Source: a virus
Lineage: Duplodnaviria; Caudoviricetes
Length of the DNA: 64,000 nucleotides
Strand: one strand, 5' to 3'
IMG/VR virus record: IMGVR_UViG_2522572155_000001
Span: 88,576-152,575 of that record
Shown here: piece by piece, positions 1 to 10,400 of the stretch
Layout: every line of letters begins with the position of its first letter
How positions within the stretch are numbered: position 1 is the stretch's first letter
Notes under the pieces: generated by a model
Databases searched by the model: none
The model's input: the letters and a program-made list of their open reading frames with translations, nothing else
Told to the model about the DNA's origin: nothing
Translations under genes and position numbers: made by a program

Positions 1-87
1 CCCTACATCTACCGAGGCAAGCCCGTCGTGAAGCTCGCGGCCCCGCGCGAGGCCACGGAGGAAGAGCTTGCCGCCCTCGCTGACTGA
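1..87 (+). CDS. 3' end of a hypothetical protein (partial)
   Basis: Frame 1 is open from base 1 (PYIYRGKPVVKLAAPREATEEELAALAD*) and overlaps the next gene. Confidence 0.6.
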   Translation, partial: PYIYRGKPVVKLAAPREATEEELAALAD

Positions 88-337
88 GGGCTTCGTCTTC
101 ACCGTCACCGACCTCGGCCTCTTCCTGGGCAAGAGCGCCGTCACCCTCCGGGGCTGGGACCGACAGGGTCTGGTGACGATCCCGCGTGACCCCTCCGGCG
201 ACCGCAAGATGTCGGCGGGGCAGGTGCGAGAGATCGCGCACGCCGCATATGACCTCGGCCGCATCTCCTGCGACCGGCTGAAGCTCGTCCTGGCGAGCCT
301 CACGCTGCTCGAACTACTAGAGAAGGATAAGACTTGA
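68..337 (+). CDS. MerR-like/excisionase-type HTH DNA-binding protein
   Basis: FTVTDLGLFLGKSAVTLRGWDRQGLV..PRDPSGDRK resembles a MerR winged HTH. Confidence 0.65.
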   Translation: MPPSLTEGFVFTVTDLGLFLGKSAVTLRGWDRQGLVTIPRDPSGDRKMSAGQVREIAHAAYDLGRISCDRLKLVLASLTLLELLEKDKT

Positions 338-900
338 AGATTGGACTTGTGGGGCCGCCGGGCTCCGGCAAGACACGTCTGGCGCAGGCGCTGGCCAACG
401 CGCTCGATACTGACGACCGGACAGTGGGCGTCATTGACGAGTACGCAGAGGGGTACTCGACTACCTCTGACTTTGCCATCGGAGAAGATGCCACGTACAT
501 CGTCAACCTCGGCATCGCGCTCTCGCGGTTGCAGTCCGAACGCCGCATGGGAGACGACTTCATCGTCTGCGGGACGATGGCGGACACGGCGACATACATG
601 GCGTGCGAAGCCACGCTGTTCCCTGACGAGCCCGGCTGGCAGCGCCGTCACCTGGCTTCGCTCGCACTCGCGGGGTGCATGGTCAACGACCTCGTGACAT
701 ACGACTTCACGTTCTACCTGCCGCTGCCGGAGCACACGCAGACGTTCGGGATCGGCTTCGATGAGGAAGTGCGCAGCAATCTTCCCGTCTCGCTGAGGCT
801 CTTCGACATCCCGCACATCACGCTCGACCGCCCGTCCTTCGAGGAGAACCTTGCTCACGCTCTCAACGTCATCCATGAATCTGCCCCGCCTGCGGAGTGA
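334..900 (+). CDS. P-loop nucleotide kinase-like / AAA_28 (NadR-like) ATPase
   Basis: N-terminal KIGLVGPPGSGKTRLA Walker A; YDFTFYLP segment typical of this family. Confidence 0.7.
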   Translation: MKIGLVGPPGSGKTRLAQALANALDTDDRTVGVIDEYAEGYSTTSDFAIGEDATYIVNLGIALSRLQSERRMGDDFIVCGTMADTATYMACEATLFPDEPGWQRRHLASLALAGCMVNDLVTYDFTFYLPLPEHTQTFGIGFDEEVRSNLPVSLRLFDIPHITLDRPSFEENLAHALNVIHESAPPAE

Positions 901-1702
901 CGCCGAGTACGACCGCGCCGTAGAGCTAGCGCGGATGTCGGGCGTCCCCCTCTCGCGCTGTCCCACGTGCGGGTCGAACCCGGAGAAGGTCCGTGTCGCA
1001 TACGCAGACGGCACGGCCGAGGCTGAGGGTCGCGAATACGGGACCTACAAGTACATGGGGGAGGTGTACGAGTGCGACTGCGAGACGCAGATTCAGCTTC
1101 GCAAGCACTACCTCCTCGCAGGTATCGGGGAGCAGTATATGCGCCTGGACTGGGCCGACTACCGCAACGACGCGGTGAAAAGGGACGTTGAACTCTACCT
1201 GGGGAAGTGGGATGCCATTCGCCGGAATGGGATGGGCATCGAGTTCGGCGGCGAGGCCCTGGGAGTAGGCAAGACATTCGCCGCTACCTACGTCGCGAAG
1301 GAACTCATCAAGAAGGGGGTGCAGGTGCTGTTCGTGCCCTTCCTGGAATTCCTCTCGACCGTTATCCGCGATGACGACGAGTCCAGGGAGCGCATGGAGC
1401 GCATGCGTCGCGTGACCGTCCTTGTGGTGGATGAGCTTCGTCCGCCGCGCACTGAGAGGCAGGCGTGGTTCGGGGACCGCTTCGAAGAGCTTGTGCGGCA
1501 TAGGACGAACTTCAACCTGCCGATTATCACTACTACGAACCTAACCGAGGATGAGCTTCGGACGCACTACCCCCGCGTCTACTCGCTCATGAGTGCGAAG
1601 CACATCCGTCTTGACCTGACGGGTCAAGACGCGCGCATGTCGTGGATCGCGGCTCAGAACCTAGACCTCGTGCTGAACGACGAAGTAAGGCCGATCACTT
1701 GA
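875..1702 (+). CDS. DnaC/IstB-like helicase loader with N-terminal Zn finger
   Basis: CPTC...CDC Zn site; Walker A GVGKT; VLVVDEL Walker B; RHR..NLPIITTTNL; upstream of DnaB; start trimmed to ATG 875. Confidence 0.8.
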   Translation: MNLPRLRSDAEYDRAVELARMSGVPLSRCPTCGSNPEKVRVAYADGTAEAEGREYGTYKYMGEVYECDCETQIQLRKHYLLAGIGEQYMRLDWADYRNDAVKRDVELYLGKWDAIRRNGMGIEFGGEALGVGKTFAATYVAKELIKKGVQVLFVPFLEFLSTVIRDDDESRERMERMRRVTVLVVDELRPPRTERQAWFGDRFEELVRHRTNFNLPIITTTNLTEDELRTHYPRVYSLMSAKHIRLDLTGQDARMSWIAAQNLDLVLNDEVRPIT

Positions 1703-2949
1703 CTGAACAGACCATCTACGAGCTAGACATCGATCTAGACCTCATCAACCACCTCGCCTACCCGGACTCGGTAGGCAAGCTCCAGGCTGAGCAGGTGAAG
1801 GCGGCGGTCATCTTCGATCCGCTCGCGAAGAGGGTCTTCAAGTGGCAGATGCAGCACGTTCGCGATTACGGCGAGGCTGCTACTCCGTCCGTTCTCGAAG
1901 ACGAGTTCGCGGACATCACGCTGGACACGCCGGAGACGCAGATCAACGATCTCATCCTGCGCCTGCGGACTCGCTACCTCCGGTCGGAGGGCAAGAAGGC
2001 TATCCGTGAGATTTCCGAGCTTGCGATCACCGAGCCTATGGAAGTCGCTCGCGCGATGTCTCAGAAGTCGCGCGAGCTTCTTGACCTCACCGTGCAACGA
2101 GGCGAGGTCTACGGCCGCTACGACTTTCCGCGCGCTCGCCAGGAGTATGACAAGGCAGTCCTGCGTGGCAAGGGGCCGTCCCTGGGCTACGACGAGCTTG
2201 ACGATCACTTTCACGGCCAGGTAGGCGTGACATTCCTCATCGCGCCGCCGAAGACTTACAAGTCGTGGGTGACGATCAACACCGTGCTGGCGAACGTAGA
2301 GAAGGGCTTCAACCCGTACCTCTACTCGCTGGAGCTACCGTCGCTGGAGTCCTACTGGCGTCTCGCGTGCATGGCGGCCGACGTGCCGTACTGGAAGTAC
2401 CTCAAGCGTAGCCTCATGCCCGATGAGCTACGGAAGGTAGAGAGCGCCGCCAAGACCCTGGACGAGATGGGCAACTTCCGCATGGACAAGCCCAACCAGG
2501 GCTCGCGCTCGGTCGCTCAGCTAGTAGACAAGGCACTTGATTCCGGCGCTGACTGCATCATCGTAGATCAGCTTCAGTACATCGAGAATCGCAAGGGTAA
2601 CTCGATCGGGGCACAGAACTCGACGGCGGACTACTTCGAGGTAGTGAACGACCTCCGGAATTGGTCAGACCTCATCCCGGTCTTCGTGGTCCACCAGTTC
2701 AACCGTTCCGTGATGAGCGCGACGGCGATGCCGGAGATGCAGCAGGCGAAGGGCTCATCTGCGATCGAGGAGGTAGCAACGCTCTCCCTCGGTCTATGGG
2801 CAAACAAGGACATGCGGCGCTCGAACGTAGTGGAGCTAGGCACGCTCGCGTCGCGCAACTACGGACACGCCTCATGGGAACTCGGCGTCCAGCTTTCACG
2901 CGGATGCCGCATTGAGATGAAGGGCGAGATCGAGGACGTGGACGAGTAA
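1699..2949 (+). CDS. dnaB: DnaB-like replicative helicase
   Basis: Walker A variant APPKTYKS; YSLEL, IIVDQLQYI, VVHQFNR and KGSSAIEE are SF4 helicase motifs; TTG start overlaps the loader stop. Confidence 0.85.
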   Translation: MTEQTIYELDIDLDLINHLAYPDSVGKLQAEQVKAAVIFDPLAKRVFKWQMQHVRDYGEAATPSVLEDEFADITLDTPETQINDLILRLRTRYLRSEGKKAIREISELAITEPMEVARAMSQKSRELLDLTVQRGEVYGRYDFPRARQEYDKAVLRGKGPSLGYDELDDHFHGQVGVTFLIAPPKTYKSWVTINTVLANVEKGFNPYLYSLELPSLESYWRLACMAADVPYWKYLKRSLMPDELRKVESAAKTLDEMGNFRMDKPNQGSRSVAQLVDKALDSGADCIIVDQLQYIENRKGNSIGAQNSTADYFEVVNDLRNWSDLIPVFVVHQFNRSVMSATAMPEMQQAKGSSAIEEVATLSLGLWANKDMRRSNVVELGTLASRNYGHASWELGVQLSRGCRIEMKGEIEDVDE

Positions 2950-3830
2950 TGTACCGCGCAGAGGTAATCGCAGATTCGATGTCGCCCGATGGCGTGCGAC
3001 TAACCACCCTTGAGGTGGAGTACCCGCACGCCATCCACAAGGACATCATGACGCACCGGATGTTCTCCCGTAGCTTCAAGTCCTTTCGTGCCTTCCCGCC
3101 GGAGAAGGTGATCGCGAACATCGAGGACGATCCGTTTATCCCCGAGACGTTCGATAGCCGCGTGACAGGCATGGGGCAGGGGCAGGCACTGCCTGAAGAG
3201 CAGGAACTGCGCGCACGCGAACTGTGGGAAGAACACATCGACCACACGCTCAACGTCGCGGACCAGATGATCGAGTTGGAGATCGCGAAGGCGCAGGTGA
3301 ACTTCCTGCTCCAGGATTTGACGTGGATCACAGGCATCATCACGGCCACCGAATGGGACAACTTCTACGCACTCCGGCGCGCAGAGAACGCACGTCCCGA
3401 GGTGCAGAAGATCGCCAACCTGATGTACGACGCGATGTACCCGGCGGACCCCGATTACCTCGCGCTCGGGGAGCCCCACCTGCCGTACATCCGGCTCGAA
3501 GACCGGATGGACGTAGGGGACAACTTCCAGGTGCTGGCCAAGGTATCAGCCGGGCGGTGCGCTCGCGTTTCGTACCTGAATCACCGTGGCCACCGCGATC
3601 TCAACGCCGACGTACACCTCGCCAATCAGCTTGAGAGTGACGGGCATATGTCCCCGTTCGAACACGTCGCGACACCGGTTGCGCTGACCGGCCCGAAGTG
3701 GATCAAGCACGTCTACCACACCGGACAGGTGTTCACCCTTCCGGGGCAGGAGTGGCGGGGCAATTTCTACGGGTGGCTCCAGTACCGAAAGACCATCCGC
3801 GACGAGCACAACTACGAGCTAGCGGCATGA
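2949..3830 (+). CDS. thyX: Flavin-dependent thymidylate synthase (phage Thy1 type)
   Basis: VIADS.SPDG.RLTT; THRMFSR...S.RA; SAGRCARVSYL; GHMSPFEHVATP; GNFYGWLQYRK. Confidence 0.9.
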   Translation: MYRAEVIADSMSPDGVRLTTLEVEYPHAIHKDIMTHRMFSRSFKSFRAFPPEKVIANIEDDPFIPETFDSRVTGMGQGQALPEEQELRARELWEEHIDHTLNVADQMIELEIAKAQVNFLLQDLTWITGIITATEWDNFYALRRAENARPEVQKIANLMYDAMYPADPDYLALGEPHLPYIRLEDRMDVGDNFQVLAKVSAGRCARVSYLNHRGHRDLNADVHLANQLESDGHMSPFEHVATPVALTGPKWIKHVYHTGQVFTLPGQEWRGNFYGWLQYRKTIRDEHNYELAA

Positions 3831-3952
3831 CTCGGCTCGAAGCGCTGAAGAACTTGCGGTACCAGATGCAGATGCACCCTGACCCCGTCGTGGTCTGGTG
3901 GGGAACGTTCATGGTGGGCAAGCTCGTAGCGCTCGCGGAGCGCCTGACGTGA
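3827..3952 (+). CDS. Small hypothetical protein (41 aa)
   Basis: ATGA overlap with thyX stop and GTGA overlap with primase start. Confidence 0.55.
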   Translation: MTRLEALKNLRYQMQMHPDPVVVWWGTFMVGKLVALAERLT

Positions 3953-5055
3953 CGAAGCGCGTTCATCGCTACAAGGACTTCGCGAGCCGGATTGACGTAG
4001 AGGAAGTCATCCTCGCGCTTGGGATCCTGGAGGAGCGCGAGGAGGGTAGGAATAAGCATGGCGAGCCCGAGTACGTCGGGCAGTGCCCTGACCCATGGAG
4101 TCTCCATAGCAACGGGGACACCACGGGCAAGTTCGCCCTGAACCCTGGGCGCAAGGTCTACAACTGCTGGGTCTGCGGGGGAGGGTCACTGCTCTCACTC
4201 ACGATGGCCATGCTCGACCTCGACCCCGACGAAGCGACGGACTGGCTCATCCAGTACGCCGACGAGAACAGAGAAGTGTCCGATGAGCGGTTCCTGGACG
4301 AGATCGACAGCCTCCTCGCGCAGTTGACTCCGAGTAGGAAGCAGGATGAGACCCTTCCCTACTACAACGCCAACATCCTCCGCAAGTGGGAGGACCAGGG
4401 GCGTGGCCTGGAGGACTGGAACCTCGGGGTACTCGACGGGAAGCCGAGGAACATCGCCAGGGACGCGCTGCGGGCCGCGCATGTGTGCTACGCGCCGAGC
4501 GCGATCAAGCATCCTCCGCGAGACTCGAAGACCGGCGTGCCGCTGGACGACCTCTACGAAGGTCCGTGCGTCATCTTCCCGCACTACGTCGGGGAGCGGC
4601 TCGTGGGGTGGCAACACCGCTGGCTGGAGGACGACCGGCCGAAGTGGTGCTCGAAGTACACCAACACGCCGGACTTCCCGAAGCGCACGACCCTCTACAA
4701 GCCGCGTGGAGGCCCCTCTGGGCCGCTCCCCGTGGTCATCGTGGAGTCCGTACCGACCGCCATCTTCCTGGCCGGAATCGGCTGGCCCGCCGTGGCGACT
4801 TTCGGGGGCACCGTGACGACGGAGCAGTTGAAGCTCCTCCGTCGCTACCAGCAGGGCGTGATCCTCGCACCCGACAACGACGGCGCCGGGCTGCGCTCGT
4901 GCGTCGCTACGGCGGACTACCTGGACGGCTTCATCCCGCTCTCGGTGGTCCTACCCGAATGGGACACCGGGGAGAAGTGGGACCTCCTGGACCGCTTCAA
5001 CGAGAACGGTGAGGACATCGACTCCCTGCTGCGCGCAGCGGAACGAATTTCCTAG
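3949..5055 (+). CDS. dnaG: DNA primase (Zn finger + TOPRIM)
   Basis: CP....H...YNCWVCGGG Zn finger; VVIVES; AVATFGG; ILAPDNDGAG TOPRIM. Confidence 0.9.
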   Translation: MTKRVHRYKDFASRIDVEEVILALGILEEREEGRNKHGEPEYVGQCPDPWSLHSNGDTTGKFALNPGRKVYNCWVCGGGSLLSLTMAMLDLDPDEATDWLIQYADENREVSDERFLDEIDSLLAQLTPSRKQDETLPYYNANILRKWEDQGRGLEDWNLGVLDGKPRNIARDALRAAHVCYAPSAIKHPPRDSKTGVPLDDLYEGPCVIFPHYVGERLVGWQHRWLEDDRPKWCSKYTNTPDFPKRTTLYKPRGGPSGPLPVVIVESVPTAIFLAGIGWPAVATFGGTVTTEQLKLLRRYQQGVILAPDNDGAGLRSCVATADYLDGFIPLSVVLPEWDTGEKWDLLDRFNENGEDIDSLLRAAERIS

Positions 5056-5083
5056 TTCTTCCGCACACGTAACTGGAAGACAG

Positions 5084-5242
5084 ATGCGTAAGTACACCGG
5101 CACCGAGAAGACCGAAGTCCTCACCCCTGACGAGCATCGCCAGGCGGGTGACGCCCTTCGCGAGATGGGCAAGACTTCCGCTCGTGACCTTACCGAGGCC
5201 GAACGCCTCCGGTTCATTCAGGTCACGAGCAAGGTCAAGTAG
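5084..5242 (+). CDS. Small hypothetical protein (52 aa)
   Basis: ATG at 5084 fills the primase-SSB gap; preceded by an ACACGTAAC element. Confidence 0.55.
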   Translation: MRKYTGTEKTEVLTPDEHRQAGDALREMGKTSARDLTEAERLRFIQVTSKVK

Positions 5243-5330
5243 GCACTGGCCGACTACGTAAGTCACGGGCTGCAAGTACCTCTTCCGAGGTCCAAGCCTT
5301 AGAAATCACCAGAGTAAAGGAGCAGTATCC

Positions 5331-6323
5331 ATGCCTAACTTTAGGCGCGGCGCAGCGGCCATCGAGCAGGCCGCCACTTCGAAGGCCGGAGGCAACTTCC
5401 GCGCATTCGTGCCCGAGATTCAGTGGCGCGAGGACAAGGAGGAGAAGCACGTCCTGTTCCTGACGGCGGTGGAGGAGATCCCGACCATCCAGTACCACGA
5501 CTGGATCCCGGTAGGCACTGGCGAGAAGGCAAACGGCGAGACCTACACTCGCTATGAGAAGTTCATCTCTCGTAAGGACCCCGCTATTGGCGAGTCCTAT
5601 GACGAGCTTGAGGACCGACTAGGCGTCAAGCCGAAGACGCGGCAGATTGCCGTCGCCGTCGAGCTTGAGCCGATCACCGAGATGGTCAAGGGCCGCACGA
5701 AGGCAGTCGGCTTCTCCGTGGCAACCGATACCTACACCCGCAAGACGGATAACGGTGAGGTAGAGGTGACGCAGCCGAAGGTCGGGCTCGTGGTCCAGGC
5801 CGCGCAGAACTTCTTTGGCTGGCTGTCCTCCTATGACGCCTCGCGGGGTCCGATCGAGGAAACCCCGATGCAGATCGTCCGTCGCGGCAAGAACGCCGAC
5901 ACGGCGTATGACTTCATCGCACTGGAAAACCTCCCGGTCGATCTGTCCGCGCTCGTCAACCACATCGACGGCGTCTCCTACCTGGGCAACGCCGAGGAGA
6001 TCACCGCCTTTGTCAGCAAGCTTCCCGAGGACGACGGCGAGGCGGCCTCGGTCATTGCAGCGGCCCTGCTCGACAAGCGCCTTGAGGAGCTTGCGGACAA
6101 GGAGCGTTACGACGAGCTTGTGAATCCGATCGAGGAGATCACGCAGAAGTTCGGCGGGGGCAGCAAGAAGGCGGCTCCGCGCGAGCGCCCGCAGCGGGCA
6201 TCTCGTCGCGTGAGCGCTCCGGCGTCCGAGGCACCCGAGGCGTCCGAGACGGCCGAGGCTCCCGAGGAGACTAACGCAGAGCGCTTCGCCCGCCTGAAGG
6301 ACAAGATCGCGCAGCCCGCCTAA
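5331..6323 (+). CDS. Probable single-stranded DNA-binding protein (gp32-like)
   Basis: Strong SD (AAAGGAG); position in replication operon; IVRRGKNADTAYDF motif; flexible Ala/Glu-rich C-terminal tail. Confidence 0.6.
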   Translation: MPNFRRGAAAIEQAATSKAGGNFRAFVPEIQWREDKEEKHVLFLTAVEEIPTIQYHDWIPVGTGEKANGETYTRYEKFISRKDPAIGESYDELEDRLGVKPKTRQIAVAVELEPITEMVKGRTKAVGFSVATDTYTRKTDNGEVEVTQPKVGLVVQAAQNFFGWLSSYDASRGPIEETPMQIVRRGKNADTAYDFIALENLPVDLSALVNHIDGVSYLGNAEEITAFVSKLPEDDGEAASVIAAALLDKRLEELADKERYDELVNPIEEITQKFGGGSKKAAPRERPQRASRRVSAPASEAPEASETAEAPEETNAERFARLKDKIAQPA

Positions 6324-6327
6324 TTCG

Positions 6328-6564
6328 ATGCGAGTCTCTGATGAGGCCATCGAGTACGCCACGCAGCGCGTAGAGGCACTGATGAGGGTCAACTTCACCC
6401 GCCCGAAAGGCGAGCGTAGCGAAACCCTGGAGACAGTGTGGGAGGGGGTCGGCGTGACGAACGTCGACCTCCTGTACCAGCGCGCGGGGGAGATCAGCGA
6501 GCACGCCGGTCCCTTCCTTACAGGCGTTCTCTTTGGCCTCTTCGTGAGGCAATTCGACTACTGA
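6328..6564 (+). CDS. Hypothetical protein
   Basis: Fills the gap and is coupled (TGATG) to RNase H. Confidence 0.6.
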   Translation: MRVSDEAIEYATQRVEALMRVNFTRPKGERSETLETVWEGVGVTNVDLLYQRAGEISEHAGPFLTGVLFGLFVRQFDY

Positions 6565-6989
6565 TGCTCGACACATCTGAGGGCGTGGCCCTCTACACGG
6601 ACGGATCCTCGAACTACAAGGATAAGTCCGGCGGGTGGGCGTACGTTGCCGCCGACGCCTTCGGTAACCAGACCGAAGGTTGGGGCGCCGAGACGGACGC
6701 GACCAATAACCGCATGGAGATGACGGCCGTCATTCGCGGACTCCTGCGTCTGGCGGCCGATTACGGCGAGTGCGAGGTGCTGGTGCGGTCCGACTCCCAA
6801 TACGTGGTGCTCGGGTGTCAAGACCCGTCGCGCTCGCGCAAGAAGAACACGGACCTCTGGTGGCTGTTGGACACGGCGCTGCTCGGACACTCGTATGTGG
6901 AGTTCGAGCACGTGAAGGGTCACGAGGGAGAGCACTTCAACGAGCGCTGCGATGTCCTCGCAGGTGAAGCACGGAAGGGACAGCGATGA
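6564..6989 (+). CDS. rnhA: Ribonuclease HI
   Basis: LYTDGS, TNNRMEMTA, SDSQYV, KNTDLW, HVKGH...NERCDVLA. Confidence 0.95.
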   Translation: MLDTSEGVALYTDGSSNYKDKSGGWAYVAADAFGNQTEGWGAETDATNNRMEMTAVIRGLLRLAADYGECEVLVRSDSQYVVLGCQDPSRSRKKNTDLWWLLDTALLGHSYVEFEHVKGHEGEHFNERCDVLAGEARKGQR

Positions 6990-7483
6990 GTCTTCAGGAG
7001 ATGACGGCGTACGCAGTTGATCTCGAACCGTACGAGCTAGCGCAGGCCGCCTACGTGGGTTGCCAGCGTCACATCGAGTCGGTCGCCAAGGGCCTGCCGG
7101 ATCGCTACGGCGCGGAGAAGGGCGGCTGGAATCTACATATCGAAGGTGCTGCCGGTGAACTCGCGTTCGCGAAGTGCCTCAACGTGTACTGGAGCGGCAG
7201 CGTCAACACCTTCGGTGAAGGGGGCGACGTTGGCCAGATTCAGGTACGGACACGAAGCCGTCACGACTACGAGTTGATAATCCGCGAGAAGGACCGCGAC
7301 GATGACGTGTTTGTCCTCGTCACGGGCGTCAGTCCGGAGTATGTCGTGGTGGGGTGGACATTTGGCGGGATCGCCAAGGCCCACGATGAGTGGCGTAAGA
7401 CGCATGGAGGGCGCGCGGCTGCCTGGTTTGTGCCCCACGAGGCATTGCGTCCGGTTGACGAACTTTACGAGGTAGTTGCGTGA
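6986..7483 (+). CDS. Hypothetical protein, possible PD-(D/E)XK-fold nuclease
   Basis: GAAGELAFAK...DVGQIQVRT pattern; coupled on both sides. Confidence 0.5.
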   Translation: MSLQEMTAYAVDLEPYELAQAAYVGCQRHIESVAKGLPDRYGAEKGGWNLHIEGAAGELAFAKCLNVYWSGSVNTFGEGGDVGQIQVRTRSRHDYELIIREKDRDDDVFVLVTGVSPEYVVVGWTFGGIAKAHDEWRKTHGGRAAAWFVPHEALRPVDELYEVVA

Positions 7484-10400
7484 TCGCTCCACTGCATAAC
7501 CACACGGAGTACTCCGCGCTGGACGGTCTGGCGACTCCTCTGGAGATCGCGCAGCGCTGCCAGTGCATCGGGTGCACCGCAGTCGGCATCACAGACCACG
7601 GCACCGTCGCCGGTCACCTGGAGTTCGACAAGGTGATGAGGGCGCACGACCTCAAGCCGATCTTCGGCGTGGAGCTTTACCACGGGCTGAAGTACGGCAA
7701 CGTGGAGTGGGCGAAGAACGAGCGCGACAACGGGCACTTCATCGTCGGCGCCATGACCGACGAGGGACTGCGAAACGTCTGGCGCATGGTGGACGCAGCG
7801 TCACACCCAGACAACTACCGGTACGTCGGCCGCGTCACCTTCCCCATCCTACGCAAGTTCCGCGAGGGAGTCTTTGCGACTTCCGCGTGTATCGCCTCTC
7901 CCATCGGGCAGGCGATCATGAAGGAAAAGAACGACCCGTACGCTCTGCTCAACCAGTACCTCGAAGTCTTTGGGGACAACTTCTACATCGAGCTTCACAC
8001 CTACCCGGGTGAAGAGCACGAGTACCTGAACTCGTGCCTGGTGCAGATGGGGCAGGAGAAGGGCGTGCCGTTCGTATACGCCACGGATGCCCACTTCGCC
8101 TCGCCGGAGCAGTACGAGACACATGATGCCTACGTGGCCATGACCTCTGGCGACTCGATCTATACATCGCCCGAGGACCGCAAGATGTGGCACCCGCAGG
8201 TGCTGTATATCCAGACCGAGGAGGAGATCCGGGCAAACCTCTCCTACCTCCCCGAGAGCGTCGTGGACGAGGCCATCGCCAACTCCGCGCTGATCGCAGA
8301 GAAGTGCAACGCGCGGCTACCGGGGGTCAAGCGTCACCTGGCGCCGTTCTTCCCGAGCGAGTGCCCGTGGCTCACGAAGGACGACAAGCGCCGGGAGATG
8401 TCGGCCGCCGAACTGTTCCTCGAACTCGTGGCGGTGGGCATCACGGAGCGCTACGGGCTCGACAACGACGAGGCGTGGGATCGGGCCTATCGCGAGTGCG
8501 AGGTCTTCCTGAGCGCCGACACGGGGCTCACAGGCGGCCTGACGCACTACTTCCTCCAGGCGTGGGACATGTGCGAGTTCTGCAACGCGACGAACATCCA
8601 GCGTGGGCCGGGGCGAGGTTCGGCGGCAGGCTCCATCGTCGCCTACGCGCTCGGGATCACCGACGTTGACCCCCTGCACTACGGCCTCATCTTCGAGCGC
8701 TTCTGGAACGCCGGTCGAGCCAAGGGCTTCCCCGACATCGACCAGGACTTCCCCAAAGCCGATCGCAAGAAGGTACGCGACTACCTCAAGGATAGATGGG
8801 GGCACGATCGTGTGCGGACCATCGGCACGATCACCCGGCTGAAGCCGAAGGCCGCCTGCGACAAGACGTGGAAGGTCGCGGAGGTCACCTGGGAAGAGAA
8901 GGAGGCGCTGAAGAAGATCATCGACGGCGTCCCCGACATCGACATCCTCGGCCCCGACTCCATCGGATGGGCGGCCGAGAGTGACCCCGGCAAGACGATC
9001 TACGTCATGCGCTCTGTGGGCCAGGAGATCATCGAGTGGGTTACCTCACTGGAGGACGACCGCCAGGGCGTCGTGCTCCGATGGATCGAGCTTGTCGAGG
9101 CCGCTTGCTCCCGCGTTTCGGGTTACGGAGTACATCCGTCCGGCGTCGTCGTGTCCGATGTGGACCTCTGTGACGAGCTTCCGTGCATGTACAACCGCTC
9201 CCAGGAGGAACGCGTCACGTGCTTCCCGATGGGGGACGTGGACAAGCGGATGTTCGTCAAGCACGACTTGCTCGGACTCCGCAACCTGGACACCCTCTCG
9301 GACTGGGACGACCAGATCATCGCTGCATTCGAGGGTGCCGACGAGGAGACACGGCAGGACATCCTGAAGAAGATGACCGTGCTCCAGAGGCTGGAGAAGA
9401 AGCACGGCATCAGGTGGTCTGGCCTCGACAAGCTGACACACCCTATCGAGATGTGGCAGATGCTGTGGGCCAAGCTCTCCCGAGGTGTCTTCCAGATCGA
9501 GGACGGATACGCCGCGTGGCTGGCTCAGGAGCTTCGTCCCCAGTCAATTGAACACCTCTCCGCACTCGTCGCGCTGAACCGTCCAGGGCCGATCCGCTCG
9601 GGCGCCCCCGACTCATTCATCACACGTAGTCGCGGAGGCGTAGACGACGAGTTCGACGGCCGCAACATCCCAATTCTCGCGGAGAACCTCGGGGGCACAT
9701 ACGGATGGTTCCTCTATCAGGAGCAGATCATTCGATTCTTCTCCGACCTGGGGTACGACCTCGGTGACGCCGACGCGGTGCGCAAGATGCTCGGCAAGAA
9801 GTCGCCCGAAGAGATGCAGCGCCTCATCCACGGCGAGGGTGAATGGGAGGGCAAGGGCTACCTCGAAGTCGCGGGAAAGCTGCTGGGCGAAAGCCTCGCG
9901 AAGCAGATCATCAACATCATCGCGGACTTCGCAAAGTACAGCTTCAACAAGGCTCACGCCGTGGCCTACGCGATCATCGCGTTCCGCACGCTATACGCGA
10001 AGTATTACTACCCCGCCGAGTTCATCATGGCGTCTATCCGAACGATCGGTGACGACCCGAAGAAGGCAGCGAAGACGGCAGGGTTCATCGGTGAGGGGCG
10101 GCGCATGGGCATCGCGGTGCTCACGCCGGACGTACTCGAATCCGAGGCAGACATCGCCGTCAAGGGGTCACATATCTACTTCGGCCTGTCCAACGTCAAG
10201 GGCGTCGGCAAGGGAGCGGCGAGGTACGTCCGCGAGTTGTCTCACCTGTATGACGTAACGACCCCCGAGGCACTGACCGACGCCCTGGAGGCCGAGGAGG
10301 GCGCGTGGAAGGAAGCGCGCGACGTGGCCAAGGAGAGCGGCACCTCCTTCAAGAAGAAGAGCCCCAAGCAGACGCTCCGCTCGAATCAGATCGCTGCTCT